Positions 13,772-26,247 of a stretch of 64,000 nucleotides of DNA are shown here, piece after piece. This DNA is from Octopus vulgaris (taxonomy: Eukaryota): the NCBI GenBank assembly GCA_951406725.2, contig OX597815.1, forward strand, positions 125,116,001 to 125,180,000. The letters are read 5' to 3'. Within the stretch, counting starts at the first letter, position 1; every line of letters starts with the position of its first letter. Both the position numbers and the translations under genes were made by a program. Under the pieces are notes generated by a model, which was given only the letters and a program-made list of their open reading frames with translations, searched no databases and had not been told where the DNA came from.

Positions 13772-13920
13772 TTTTGCCTTTTCTGCAGATTGAGCTGGGC
13801 CATCTTCCTGAAGGGATTTGTGATTTGTTCACTTCCCTACTTACTAAGACTTTGATCTTTGCTAGATTAACTCTTAGGCCCTTTGATTCTGGACCTTACT
13901 TCCACACCTGGAATTTCTTA
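13772..13920 (-). mobile_element. RTE LINE internal fragment, opposite orientation
   Basis: SKGLRVNLAKIKVLVS...GRWPSSICRKG. Confidence 0.75.
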
Positions 13921-13990
13921 CAAACACACACACATACACACACACAGACAAATGCATGCGTGTATATACACACACACTCACAGATATATG

Positions 13991-14043
<53 letters not shown>

Positions 14044-14445
14044 GTGTTCATATATGGAAGGCTGATGTTAAACGATGATGATGATGTGTGTGTTTATATA
14101 TATATATATATGCATACACACACACATGTCCCTATCTACACAATGAATATATAATAATATTGTTTATTCAATTAATAACCTTTAAATACTGCTATTGTTT
14201 TCAGTTGTTGCTGCTGATACTGCCACTGCTGCTGTCACCAAGTCCACATAGGATAGTATTGAATAGTAGGGGGAGGAATACTAAGCTAACACATGCTAAA
14301 TAAAAGTATCATGTACAAGCATTCTATTTAGTGCAACCAGACTGCATAATACGCATAGTGTTATCACTGAGAAACAGAAAGAAAGTGTCATTTGGCTAAT
14401 TTACAGAATTAGCAAACAAAGATAGCACAACAGAGGAGGATTCAA

Positions 14446-14826
14446 CTTTTATTCCTTTATTCTTTTATTTGTTTCAGTCATTTGACTGTGGCCATGCTGG
14501 AGCTTCACCATTAGTTCAACAAATCAACCCCAGGACTTATTCTTTGTAAGCCTAGTACTTATTCCATTGGTCTCTTTTGTCGAACTACTAAGTTACAGGG
14601 ACCTAAACACACCAACTTTGATTGTCAAGCAATGGTGGGGAGAAAAACACACACACACACATGACAGGCTTCTTTCAGTTTCTGTCTACCAAATCCACTC
14701 ACAAGGCTTAGTTCAGCCCAAGGCTATAGTAAAAGGCACTTACCCAAGGTAACATGCAGTGGGACTGAACCCGGAACCATGTGGTTGGTAAGCAAGCTAC
14801 TTACCACACAGCCAAGCCTGTGCCTA
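14446..14826 (-). mobile_element. Near full-length SINE family A (tRNA-like head, CORE-like CCTTGGG(C/T)AAGTG segment, (TG)n, 3' module, A-rich tail)
   Basis: Box A/B-like motifs TGGCTGTGTGGTAAG and GGTTCAGTCCC; more than 12 related copies in the window. Octopus tRNA-derived CORE-type SINEs (OR1/OR2) are known; the exact family is not assigned. Confidence 0.9.
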
Positions 14827-15349
14827 ATAGTGAATTTTATATATCTTTTTTTCTTCTCATTTTGTGCCAGTCAGAAATGGTGGTGTTGGAAAGTAAAATA
14901 CTGCATTGTTTAATTATTTAGAATTTACTGCAATATTGAATAAAAGAGCAAATAATAAAAGAACAGATACTGAATGGAATGAAGATTTTTTTTTTTTTCT
15001 TCACATTTATATAGTAACAAAAACAACTACAAAATAAGTTTCTTGCAGAAGATGGAAAACTTGATATTCATAACTTTTCCAAAGTGTGTTAAGAACCGAA
15101 ATGAACTCATTCTAAAAACAGTTAGAATTGGGTCACTGGCTTGGTTGTAATAGTAATGATAATAATTTCTTAATCTCATATAACATTTTTAAACTAACAA
15201 GAGTGGGAAATCAGAATCACTTTTTTGTTCATTTGTGTGCATATATATATATATATATTTTTTTTTTGCTCCATACTTTTATTGCACCTAACCATAGTAT
15301 TTGTGTGTGTGTATGTGTATGCATGCATGTGCATGCATATAGCATCCTA

Positions 15350-15530
15350 AAGACAGAGGGCAGATTTACAGTAATGGTTATATGCATCCACAGCTGGTTG
15401 CATATTTTTGACTTTTTGCACACTCTATCTGCCAGTATTACAACTATTATGTAGTTCCAAGCCCCAAGAAACAGCTGTCAGACCTAAAGTACCATGCATC
15501 TTTTGTACTGCATGTAAATCTGCTCTGTAA
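15350..15530 (+). mobile_element. Fold-back repeat family P with GAAACAGCTGTC motif (Penelope pLTR-like)
   Basis: IR gcagatttaca / tgtaaatctgc; similar to 34948-35215 on the minus strand. Confidence 0.5.
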
Positions 15531-15810
15531 ATATATAAACATCTATATGCATATACACAAATGCTCATCTTCTGAATATTTTCAGTATTTGTTTCTCTCT
15601 TGACATATGGTTAAATATATTTACATGTACATATGTAGGTATATTTTATATCCCAAGCCCAAGTATTCATTTATAAATACACACACACGTTTCTGTGTGT
15701 GTGTATGTGTGCATGTGTTGTGGAGGGGTTATATGTGTTTATATATATATATAGATAGATAGATAGATAGACAGTATATATATATATATATGTGTGTGTA
15801 TTTTGTGTGT

Positions 15811-15966
15811 GGGCATGGCTGTGTGGTAAGTAGCTTGCTTTCCATTCACATGATTCCAGGTTCAGTCCCACTGCATAGCACCTTGGGCAAGCATCTTGTA
15901 CTATAGCCTCAGGCCAACCAAGCCTTGTGAGTGGATTTGGTAGAGGGAAACTGAAAGAAGACCATC
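15811..15966 (+). mobile_element. SINE family A head
   Basis: ggcatggctgtgtggtaag...ggttcagtccc...caccttgggcaag...ctgaaagaag. Confidence 0.9.
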
Positions 15967-15990
15967 ATGTGTGTGTGTGTGTGTGTGTAA

Positions 15991-16055
<65 letters not shown>

Positions 16056-16094
16056 TAGATAGACAGACAGACAGATAGATAGATAGATAGGTAC

Positions 16095-16198
16095 ACCCAG
16101 TAGTATCAATACTTGGTTATTAGAACTTGGTATACTTATAATGCAAATTATTATTTAGCTATATGTTGCACTAACACTGAACTGCGTGTTTATTTATG
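16095..16198. repeat. Right arm of the inverted duplication (partner 10345-10445)
   Basis: 48-bp exact reverse-complement core. Confidence 0.9.
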
Positions 16199-17026
16199 TG
16201 TGTGTGTGGGTGTGTGTGTGTGTGTGTGTGTGTGTAGCTACATACACATGTTGATATAGAGGCATGCACAATATCAGGTGGGCAAAGATGCTCATATCCA
16301 TTACATGAGTGTTTCTTAGACAAAATTTAGGAACGAAAATAGAACAACTTTGTTTAAAATAACTGAGACAAGGCATTATCTACAGGACTCAAATTATTCA
16401 GTTGTAGGAGGGGTGGTTAGGTAGGGGATACTATTTTTCTGAAGTTTCATCTGTAATATGATGACATTATGGAAATACTTGACATATGTATAAAGTAGTT
16501 TAAATCCTTTAGTCCAGTAAAAAGGAATGGTATTACGCATTAAGTGTCATACACTTTCATGTCACAGATCAGTCATCATTTAATGAAGAACTTTCTTTAA
16601 GAAAACTACCTAATTTGTGATTCAGACTGAGTCTAATATTAAAGAACTAAGTAGGAAACTAACATTTAGTCAACCAGTGAGCAAATCACTGAGCCAAGAA
16701 TCTTGCAGTATCAAGCTACTTTATCTCTCTCTCTCCCTCAGTATATATCTAAACACACACACACACACATTCTCTCTTCACTAAAACATTACAGTTCTAT
16801 GTATGATAATTCTTTTATTTGCACTGCTACCCATCAGCAGGTGATGTAAGCAGTATTTCATGCTTCAGAATTTCACTGACTAAGTTTTGTGTATAACTAA
16901 GAAAAATTATTTTAGCAACCTTAGAAGATGAAAAGTTCAGTATTACCAGAAGTTAAAAGTCCCTTTTACTAACCATATGGTATTTTAAAATCAATCTAAA
17001 GACATTCTATTATAGCTGATACAAGA

Positions 17027-17228
17027 AGCGGCAAACTGACAATGTTGTTAGTGAGTCAGGACAAAATGTTTAGTAGCATTTCTTCAGGTTCTTTATGTTC
17101 TGGGTTCAAATTCTGTTGAAGTCAACTTTACCTTCCATCCTTTTAAGGTCAATAAAAATAAGTCTTGATGCAATCAACTCAACCCTTCCCCTAAAAGTGC
17201 TGGCTTTGTATCAAAATTTGAAATAATT
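17027..17228 (+). mobile_element. SINE family C (tRNA-derived, ATT tail)
   Basis: ttctgggttcaaatt...actttaccttccatcctttt, shared with the copies at 52498 and 54944. Confidence 0.8.
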
Positions 17229-17756
17229 AAAGTAGGTATAAGAAAAATCCAAGGATATTGGCCACAAGTTTTCAGAATATTGAAGATATGTTTTAAGATA
17301 GTTAAAAACCTAACAAAAGCCAATATTTTATGTTGCTTGTCACAGCTGTTGAGATTCTTTTTTAGCATATTAATGATAAGTGTTAAATAAAATAACTAGC
17401 TACAGTATCTAGGTCGCAGACTTGACCTACTGGAAGCAGACCATTATTCTACAGTGTTTGCCTTTAAGTAGATGCTTAGTTGGCTTTAATTTCTCTAAGA
17501 ATTTAGAAATGTCTTTCATTTCTTAAGGCTGTGGTGTCTGGAATAAAATTTCAGTGGCTGTTACTATCCGCAGAAGACAGTTTATACAATTTTCTATAAA
17601 TACTAAATCAACTTCACTTTCAGATTGTTTAGTACTGGATCTAATGAAAATGAGAATGCAGAAGAAGTAAAAAGGTAGGCATGGCAACATGTTCTGATTA
17701 AGTCTGGGAGAGAGTCAGCAATTTCAAAAGAATACAAGTAATTAATGTAACAAACA

Positions 17757-17962
17757 AGGCGGCGAACTGGCACAATCATTAGCAGGCCGTTGTCTGCCGT
17801 TCCTTTCTGAATTCAAATTCCACCGACTTTGCCTTTCATCCTTTCAGGAGGGGGGGGGGGTCGATTAAATAAGTACCAGTTACACACTGGGGTCGATGTA
17901 ATCAACTTAATCCCTTTGTCTGTCCTTGTTTGTCCTCTCTATGTGGGCAATAAAGAAATAAA
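17757..17962 (+). mobile_element. SINE family C, CpG-retaining copy with variant tail
   Basis: ggcggcgaactggcac...ttcaaattcc...gactttgcctttcatcctttc...aagtaccagttacacactggggtcgatgtaatc. Confidence 0.85.
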
Positions 17963-18118
17963 TATAACAAACAAGAGCAGCTGAACTGAAGGTAGGGGAA
18001 TTAATATGAGTTGTATGCTTTCTCATTTCAACTTGTATCATTTCTGACACTATCTTTTGTAGACATAAGTATATATAAAATGGATACAAACCACTGTCAC
18101 TGTCTGTCTGTTTGTTAT

Positions 18119-18153
<35 letters not shown>

Positions 18154-18155
<2 letters not shown>

Positions 18156-18390
18156 CTTTATATATAAAAGTGAAGTTGTATGTCTGTCTCCTACGATTTA
18201 GATTCCTAACTACTCCCACATTTTGCGGTGCAGTGTAACCAAAACCGGGTATCTTATAGTCGTGATTCATATTGAGCCCTTCTGGGTATTAGTGCGCGTC
18301 TACGATGAGTCTACAATTTTAAAAAAAATTTACCATAATTTTTTTTTCCATTTTTAATGCATTTTTTTGCTATTTTTTGGCTATAACTTC
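18154..18390 (+). mobile_element. Non-autonomous Helitron-like 5' fragment
   Basis: Starts TCTTTATATATAAAAGTGAAGTTG followed by a (TGTC) tract, the typical Helitron 5' pattern. Confidence 0.6.
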
Positions 18391-18399
18391 CATGCAACA

Positions 18400-18810
18400 T
18401 GTCTTTTGCAGCTCATCTCATTGACAGAACTGCAGTCATGGGTCAAATGTTGACCAAGGTTGGGCATTTGGCATCTAGAATGTTGCCAGGCACTTGCTGC
18501 ATTGTGCCAGCTGCCCAAAACTGATAGCAGGAAAACAACCCAAGTTTTCTATAGGAGGCTAGTTGAGGGTATGAATGATGATAGCCTAAGATTGAATCTA
18601 GGCATCAACGAGAACAGTCTGAGCAGTTTCTTCCAGAGGACAATTTTCAAAAGTCTTTGGCTTGGCAGTACTACAGAAGGGCATTGCCCATTTGAGACAA
18701 GCTCTTCAGGCATGGAAGTACCAACAGCCAAACCTGCCCAAGATGCTTGCAGGGGAACAAAACTGTCCTGCATGCAATAATTCAGTGTCCATGCATTGGA
18801 GAGTTGTGGG
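18400..18810 (+). mobile_element. RTE/BovB-like LINE 3' fragment, heavily decayed
   Basis: LGHL..LPK..QVFY..L.EG..LGINE..KGIAHFE..CPAC across frameshifts. Confidence 0.65.
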
Positions 18811-19119
18811 ATTGTATGGAACAGTTGTTGTGTGTAAAATTTATTAATATTATAATATTGTGTGTGTAAAATCCACTCTCACAGAATCAACCAGAGCAAA
18901 TAAGATCAAGAGTTCTGTGAGAGTGGACAGCAACCTGTTGTCAGAGGTTTCCAAGTGATACTTTCCGCAAATTATAAGATTTGGTATCATGGAAGTATCA
19001 ACACCCAATCAGCAATCTCAAAATACTAGCTGTCCCCAACAGAGCAGTGTTCTGGGCCTGCTCTGCTCTCATGTCAATTCCAATTTCTCTGAAATTTATT
19101 AATATTATAATATATAACA

Positions 19120-19320
19120 GTGGTGGGCTGGTAGAATCATGATTGTGTCACTCAAAATGCTTTGTGGTAGATGTTGCAGCATTTTATGCTTCAAGTTCAA
19201 AATCTCCTTACAGTCAACTATATCATTCATTCTTTTAGAGTCAATAAAATAAAGTATCGGTCAAGTACTAAGGTCAACATAAAACTTCTAGTCTTGTACC
19301 TTTGTTAGAAAGTATTATTT
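19120..19320 (+). mobile_element. SINE family C, old copy
   Basis: gggctggtagaatc...aagttcaaa...tagaaagtattatt. Confidence 0.65.
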
Positions 19321-20954
19321 TGTTGTTGTAGCTGTTATTGATATGGTGGCAGAAAGCTGTTGTTTAACCGTGTTTAGTTAACGTACACAGCTGTAACATA
19401 AGAACAACTGTATTTTGAAGAATGTGATACAAATAAATCACATGACAGATTTTGTAAATACAGAAGTGCTACTAATTAACTAATTAGTACAACTATAATT
19501 GGTTGAGATGACAGGAAACGGATTGGTCACTAACTCTGTCTTGTGACTGTATCTCATTGGTTTGAATTCAAATCATAGCAAGGAAGATTTATGTCTTTTA
19601 TCTTACCAGAGTAGGTGAAAGAGATATAAGAAATGTTATAAGGGAGATCAATATAATTGATTATACATATACTTTTCCTCATATAAATTTAGCTTCATGT
19701 CAAAAAAAAGGTATCATCATTATTTAAGAAAGAAAAAGCAAAACTGATTTAGAAATTATCTCTCGGGGGTTCATACCATTGAAACACTGGACAAGACACT
19801 TAGCTCTACTTGACCAAGGCTTTGTACCTATTTACAGAACTCATTATAATTATTGTTGGTTGTGTTCTTGTTTTTAATTAGTGAGAGAGGCTTCTACTTA
19901 ATTTGCTTTGACATCAGTTAATCGTAGAGAGAAAATACAAACACAACTAGATTCTATGTGCAAATATCTTCTATTCCATTACATAAACAGATGAAATATT
20001 TGACCCAATATTAAGCAAAAGGTAACAAATGAAAACGAAAGAAAACATTTTTTTTTTCCTACTTATGTGGTCAGTACTTGGATATATTTTCCAGTACTAA
20101 CTGTCATAACCACCCAAATCTGGATGAAAAATGATGTTGTCATCTAACTATACATCTAACAGTATTTCTTTTCTAGTTCATTTTACTATGTTGCAGTTGG
20201 TATTTATCATAAAACTTGTAATTTACCCATTCAACTAATTTTACTCTAAGAAAGCAAATTTTGACAATAAATAAATGAAATAAGATAAATAAATAAAATC
20301 TATTACATTTTGATAAGTAATAACTGCTGGAAAAAATTGAACAGACTAGCTTCAGTGGTTTGAAAGACCAACACTGATGCACAAATAATCAATCAAAAAA
20401 GCAAACTGGATAAAAAGAGAGGCACTTAATTTCTTGGTTGTTGGATATGTTGGGCAATGAAGAATGATGTTTAGGAAACAGAGTTAAATCAAGAAATGGA
20501 GGTTATGGTGAATGGAGTAGTTACAATAGTGATGTTCATAACCATATGGTATTTGTGCTTATTATAATGGTAGTGGTGATTAAACAAGAAGTAGAGGCAG
20601 TAATAAACTATTGAATCATTACACATCATTATCAAACACTTAAATTTCTCATTTGTCACAGCTTTTTTTTTAATACTGATAGGGTTGGACAGGTCAACAA
20701 AAATTTAATGGCTTATCAGCTATCACAGTAGTTTTATTACTTGAAGAATATTAGTGAAAGCAATTTTATACACACTACAGCTAGTGGGAAGAGGTCAAGA
20801 ATTATTGAAATGTGCACGCACGTGTATGTGTGCATGTAAAAGGCCCCCTTCAGTCATGAATGACCATGGGATTGCATCTAGAAAGTTGATTACTGAGATA
20901 CAAGTCCAGCCACAGTTGTTTTGTGGAAGAGCAGCAGTCGCCCATGCATATCAA

Positions 20955-21210
20955 ATAAAAAAGAGGGTATAAGAGACTTTGTTTCAACCAGCATTAACAG
21001 GCTTACGGGTGCAAGGCAAAGGAGAAAAGCAGCTGCAAATATACTACCTGCAATGACTGATAATACTCATGCTTGCAACAGCTGCGGACTTCTTTGCAAA
21101 TCACTGGCAGGACTCAAATGTCACATTTGACATAAGCATTATGACTGACAAAAAAAGTGTAGGCTGTCACATCCTCATAGAGCAAAATCAACAGGAGAGT
21201 CCATCATAAG
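20955..21210 (+). mobile_element. RTE/BovB-like LINE extreme 3' end with C2H2 finger
   Basis: EGIRDF...RQRRKA...CNSCGLLCKSLAGLKCHI*HKH, then a short 3' UTR; preceded by another repeat piece at 20838-20950. Confidence 0.8.
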
Positions 21211-21212
21211 TC

Positions 21213-21267
<55 letters not shown>

Positions 21268-21400
21268 AGTATGGCAGTTTAGTTCACAGGTGATCTAAAG
21301 GATTAGGAATGCTAGGTAAGTGCTGCAATGGATTACTAGGGCTCCAAGGTTGTAGCCGAGATGGTAGTTATGGATTCATTGCAGATTTCCGATATAGCAG

Positions 21401-21607
21401 ATATATAATTGTTGAAGGGGACAAAAAACATTAAGGCAAGGCAAACATCTTGAGTCATATACATTATCATTATTGGAGAAGATTCAAAGTCTTACAGAAA
21501 CAGCTGTAAGACTTGAATCTTTGAATCTTTTCCAATAATAACAATGCATATGACTTGAGATGTTTGCCTTGCCTTAATGTTTGCTGTCCTCTTTAACAAT
21601 TATATAT
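21401..21607. repeat. Long fold-back palindrome (~97-bp arms)
   Basis: aacattaaggcaaggcaaacatc...agtcttacag AAACAG ctgtaagact...gatgtttgccttgccttaatgtt. Confidence 0.95.
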
Positions 21608-21667
21608 ATACACACACAAACAAACACACATATTTCTATTTCAAAAAATGCATCAGGTTTAATTGTA

Positions 21668-22115
<448 letters not shown>

Positions 22116-22117
<2 letters not shown>

Positions 22118-22237
22118 CAGGGTGATTCAAAAGTCACCATACATAAGAACAATTTATTTTTTTATAAGAAACAGTTTTTTTATTTAACTGTTTCTTATAA
22201 AAAAATTAATTTTTCCTATGTAAGGTGACTTTTGAAT
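22116..22237. mobile_element. Hairpin MITE of Tc1/mariner type, right tip missing
   Basis: TA-CAGGGTGATTCAAAAGTCACC...ataagaaacagtt / aactgtttcttat...GGTGACTTTTGAAT; the element is almost entirely inverted repeat. Confidence 0.8.
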
Positions 22238-22501
22238 AAAATGAACAAATGTATGGTAAATAAACAAACGATATAATGTGTACTAAGTGTACAACTGGAC
22301 AGGAGACAGACACAGAAGGTCCCTAATTCTTCATCAGTTATCAACCAATTGGTATTACTCAGTTTCACACTAGTAATGATAAGACTGAGGACTTCCCATA
22401 TTGGTGGTGCCCTCCAAAATTTGCAGAGAATATAGAGCCGAGAGCAAACAAAACAACAGAGTGGACACATGAAAATGAATAAATCTGACAAAATAAATAA
22501 A

Positions 22502-22565
22502 AAACAAGCAAAATACAGCCTTAGGGCCTTGTCGTTTTGGCCCTAAGGCTGTATTTTGCTTGTTT
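22502..22565. repeat. Perfect 27-bp inverted repeat with 10-nt loop
   Basis: aaacaagcaaaatacagccttagggcc ttgtcgtttt ggccctaaggctgtattttgcttgttt. Confidence 0.95.
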
Positions 22566-23366
22566 CTGTCTGGTGACCTCTTACTGTGGACTGGCCAAAA
22601 TAAACTACAGTATTATATGTATGTATTGCTTGCTCCTTTTCTGGGTTAACACTTAATGGACATACATACACATACACACAAACCTGCACAAAATTATATA
22701 CATGTGTTTATAATATCAGTTTTCTATTTAAAAGAAAAATGAAAACTGGTTTATCTCAATTTTCGAAAGAGTGTGCATGTATGCATGCTCATAATATCAT
22801 TTTCCTTTATATAAAAAAAATACATAGGGCTTAAATTCCTGAATGTGTGTGTGCATAAAAGTATGTATGAGTTTGTTTGTGTGTGGGGGAGAGAGAAATA
22901 GAGAGAGAGGGCGAGAGAAGGAGGGTGGGAGGATGGGAGAGAGCAAGTACAGATGATTTACAAAAATATGTTCAGTCAAAAGTACATTTTTGTTCTTGAT
23001 TGCAAAGAAGGAATGGGGGAGAGAGAGAGGAGATTAGAGTTGAAACTGTCACCTGCTGGTCATGAAAACAATTGTAAATGACCTTGTTTGATGAGTTAGC
23101 ATACACACACACATACACACACACACAAAGAGAAAGTTTGTTGCTTGACACCAAGCATTAAAAGAGAGACAAAGAAGAAAAGCGGTTCAAGGGTGAAAAG
23201 GGGGACAAAATATAACTGTAATTATGAACAAATTAGAATGGCTCTCTGCTAGTAAGCTAATTCAGTATGTGAGAGTAGATTTAAGGTTAACAAGGCTTAC
23301 AATGTATCTATATTTAACCCTTTCTCAGATATATATAACCAAGTGTATATATATATATATACTCAC

Positions 23367-23511
23367 ACTTGGTTGTAGCCTTGGTGCATAGGAAGGGCTA
23401 GATTTAATAGGATTAAATCTCTTGTAACCACTTAGCACTCTCTTTTGCAACTTAACACATGACTCATAGCTCTGAGACACTTGAACTTTCTCACAGTTCA
23501 CAGTGATTATT
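23367..23511 (-). CDS. Internal coding exon (145 nt, phase 2 to 0) of an unidentified gene: (R)IITVNCEKVQVSQSYESCVKLQKRVLSGYKRFNPIKSSPSYAPRLQPS
   Basis: Acceptor atcttcactttcAG|, donor |GTGAGT; open frame; non-repetitive; phase matches exon 30756-30877. Confidence 0.75.
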
Positions 23512-23698
23512 CTGAAAGTGAAGATATGCAGGTTTACTAGATATACAATAATTTCAGGTGATAGATAAGCTGAAAAGATGTACACAGACTACTTTTTGCT
23601 TATACAAGTTATGAATCCTGACAAAACATCAAGGGCTGTCAGAAACTATTTCACAGTTCATGTAACAAACTATTCTTTTACAACTTTTACAATATTAC

Positions 23699-23927
23699 TT
23701 AAACTCTGTTGATACCAACATGCCTGTCACCATTATTGGTCCTGTGGTACCAACTTCTTGTTTTAACGTGATCTAAATTAAAACTTTTCATCAAAACTGT
23801 ATGTTATTTTATGTTCCAAACATCACCTTAATAATTACAGCTCTTTCACTAAATTCTTAATTATTGTTAAAATTAATGGAAACAAAGGCAGCATATTTCA
23901 ATAGAAATACTGTAACAAAATGGTTAA
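23699..23927 (-). mobile_element. TTAA MITE family G, old copy
   Basis: TTAA at both ends; reverse-complement similarity to 40038-40267 and 41118-41332. Confidence 0.75.
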
Positions 23928-24526
23928 AAAGAAATTAGCCCCTATAACAGAAACACGAATTACAAGGGTCTGAAAATTTCATTTCAGAACAAATTAAATA
24001 TTTTCAAATCACAAATAAAACACAGCACACAATATATGAGGAAAATTCACAGTATCTGCTTGACTAACTAAAACTTCTATAAGAATTATTCTCAATTGAG
24101 GAATGGTCATCAAATGACACACACACACACACACACTACACATATATTTCATATAGTTTTACATATCTCCAGCCAAATGATATTTTTACATTTTTGTTTC
24201 CACATATTTTTAAGCAAGTGTATTTCATCTTCATTTATAAGAAGCAAAATAATATTGTTCCTATGTCAAAACTTAATCAACTGCATATACAGATGAATAT
24301 TACAAATCACTTCCTAGGTATAATTATGGAATAATTTTCTTCCTGGATCTCTGCACCGAAGAAGAAATGAATAATGGTAGATTAATAAAAAAAAATATAT
24401 ATAAATATGTACAAATCAGGAAAAGAGAATTTATATCTGGACAATAATAACCTTAATTACAATGTAAGCAATACACACATACAGCATCATCATCATCATC
24501 AACATAGATAATATTGATATTATTTG

Positions 24527-24580
<54 letters not shown>

Positions 24581-26247
24581 CACACATACTTACATATACA
24601 GAGAGAGAGAGAGAAATATGAATGAAATCATCCTCATTATTTGTACTTTATACATATATATATATATGTTAATATATATATATATATGTTAATCTGCTTT
24701 GCAAGAATCTTGGTATGAAACAGTGTTGCAAACCAATATTGTTGTGCTTTGGTTGGGTCATAGTACCAATAAACACATACACTATTATTCACTTCATTTA
24801 TACTTTTATTGCAAACTAATTGGTCATACATTTCTCTTCCCACCCCACCCTATAACCTTTCCAATGATTTCAAATCATCAAACTGAATTCTTGTACATGT
24901 TATGTCAAGCATCTCCTCTATGTTTCCAAGTATGTGTGTGTTATCATGGTACTGCTTTGTTGAAATTGTTTTCTTATATTTTTATTTTCATTTTTTATTT
25001 TTGTTTTTTCACATGTGAGCGTTTGTAGGTTGTGCATTGTACATGTTCATGTTGTGCATGTGTGTGTGTGCATGATTTGTAGGCATGGGCATTTGTAGTT
25101 GGAATGTAGTGGTTGATGTAGTTGATACAAAGTTAACCAAAGATGACCACAGTACACACATAGGCAAAAACAAAACAAAATAAAAAGAAAAAACAGCAAA
25201 TATAATGTAAACAAACTAATATCACTATTTGAATGTAAAATAATTGAAAAGTTGATGGTAGTGGGATAAAAAAAATTATGAGAAATCAGTAAGAAACAAA
25301 ATTAAAACTGAAGTAAGCTACAATCAATACTGGTATTATTGGCACTAGGACCTAACAATAAAATCACAACACTTTTGTACAAGAGATCGCAGATGTACAA
25401 AACTCATGTGTCAGAAAATAAGGAATACAAAAAAAATAAATAAGTGATGAGACTCCCTATAAATAATTTTGTTGAACAGTGAAAGAAACATAAAGACATT
25501 TTTGTAGGTCATTCTGTTCCACTGAGATGACAATCCTGTAGACCATAATGTACAACAATGACTTATAACTGGCCAGATCAGTTTGATATTCTATTAGTTG
25601 AAAGTTAATCAATTTATATAACTTTGTTCTATGTCCATAGCTAAGAGACTTAATAATACAGGAAAACATACATACATAACAGTGACATACAATATTAAGA
25701 CTATATAAGATATGAATGTTTTATAGATTTTCAGTGCCAAACTCAAATTCAATCAGGAGTTGGAATATGATCCTCATGATGAAAAGAACAATATAGATTT
25801 TAACTAGCTAAAACTAGTCCTAAAACAAACTTATGGGCTACAATAACACTTATGTATGAATGGCTCCACTTATATTCATATATAAGTACTTGTACACTGA
25901 AAACACAAATGGAGAAGAGTATAAGAGAAATGAGAAGTTAGTAGTTTATACATGGTCATCAAAACTGTATTGTGTCAGTCATATAGATACTTATATTGAA
26001 AGTGGTCTCCATACAGAACTGTCTAAGTTCCAGTTCAGTCAGTTGTTGCTGGATACTATCACACAAGAACATGTTGCTGCTGTAAACAAAAGTAGCATTG
26101 TCAAACAGATGAGCATTTTGTTAGCTTGCAGTGTTAAATGGAACTAATCCTAAGGATATAACTGACAAGTATATTTGTTGGAGATGGCACAATCGGTCAA
26201 ATTCTTAATCAGTGGCTAAAGGGAAAAGAAAAACCACTATTCATTCT

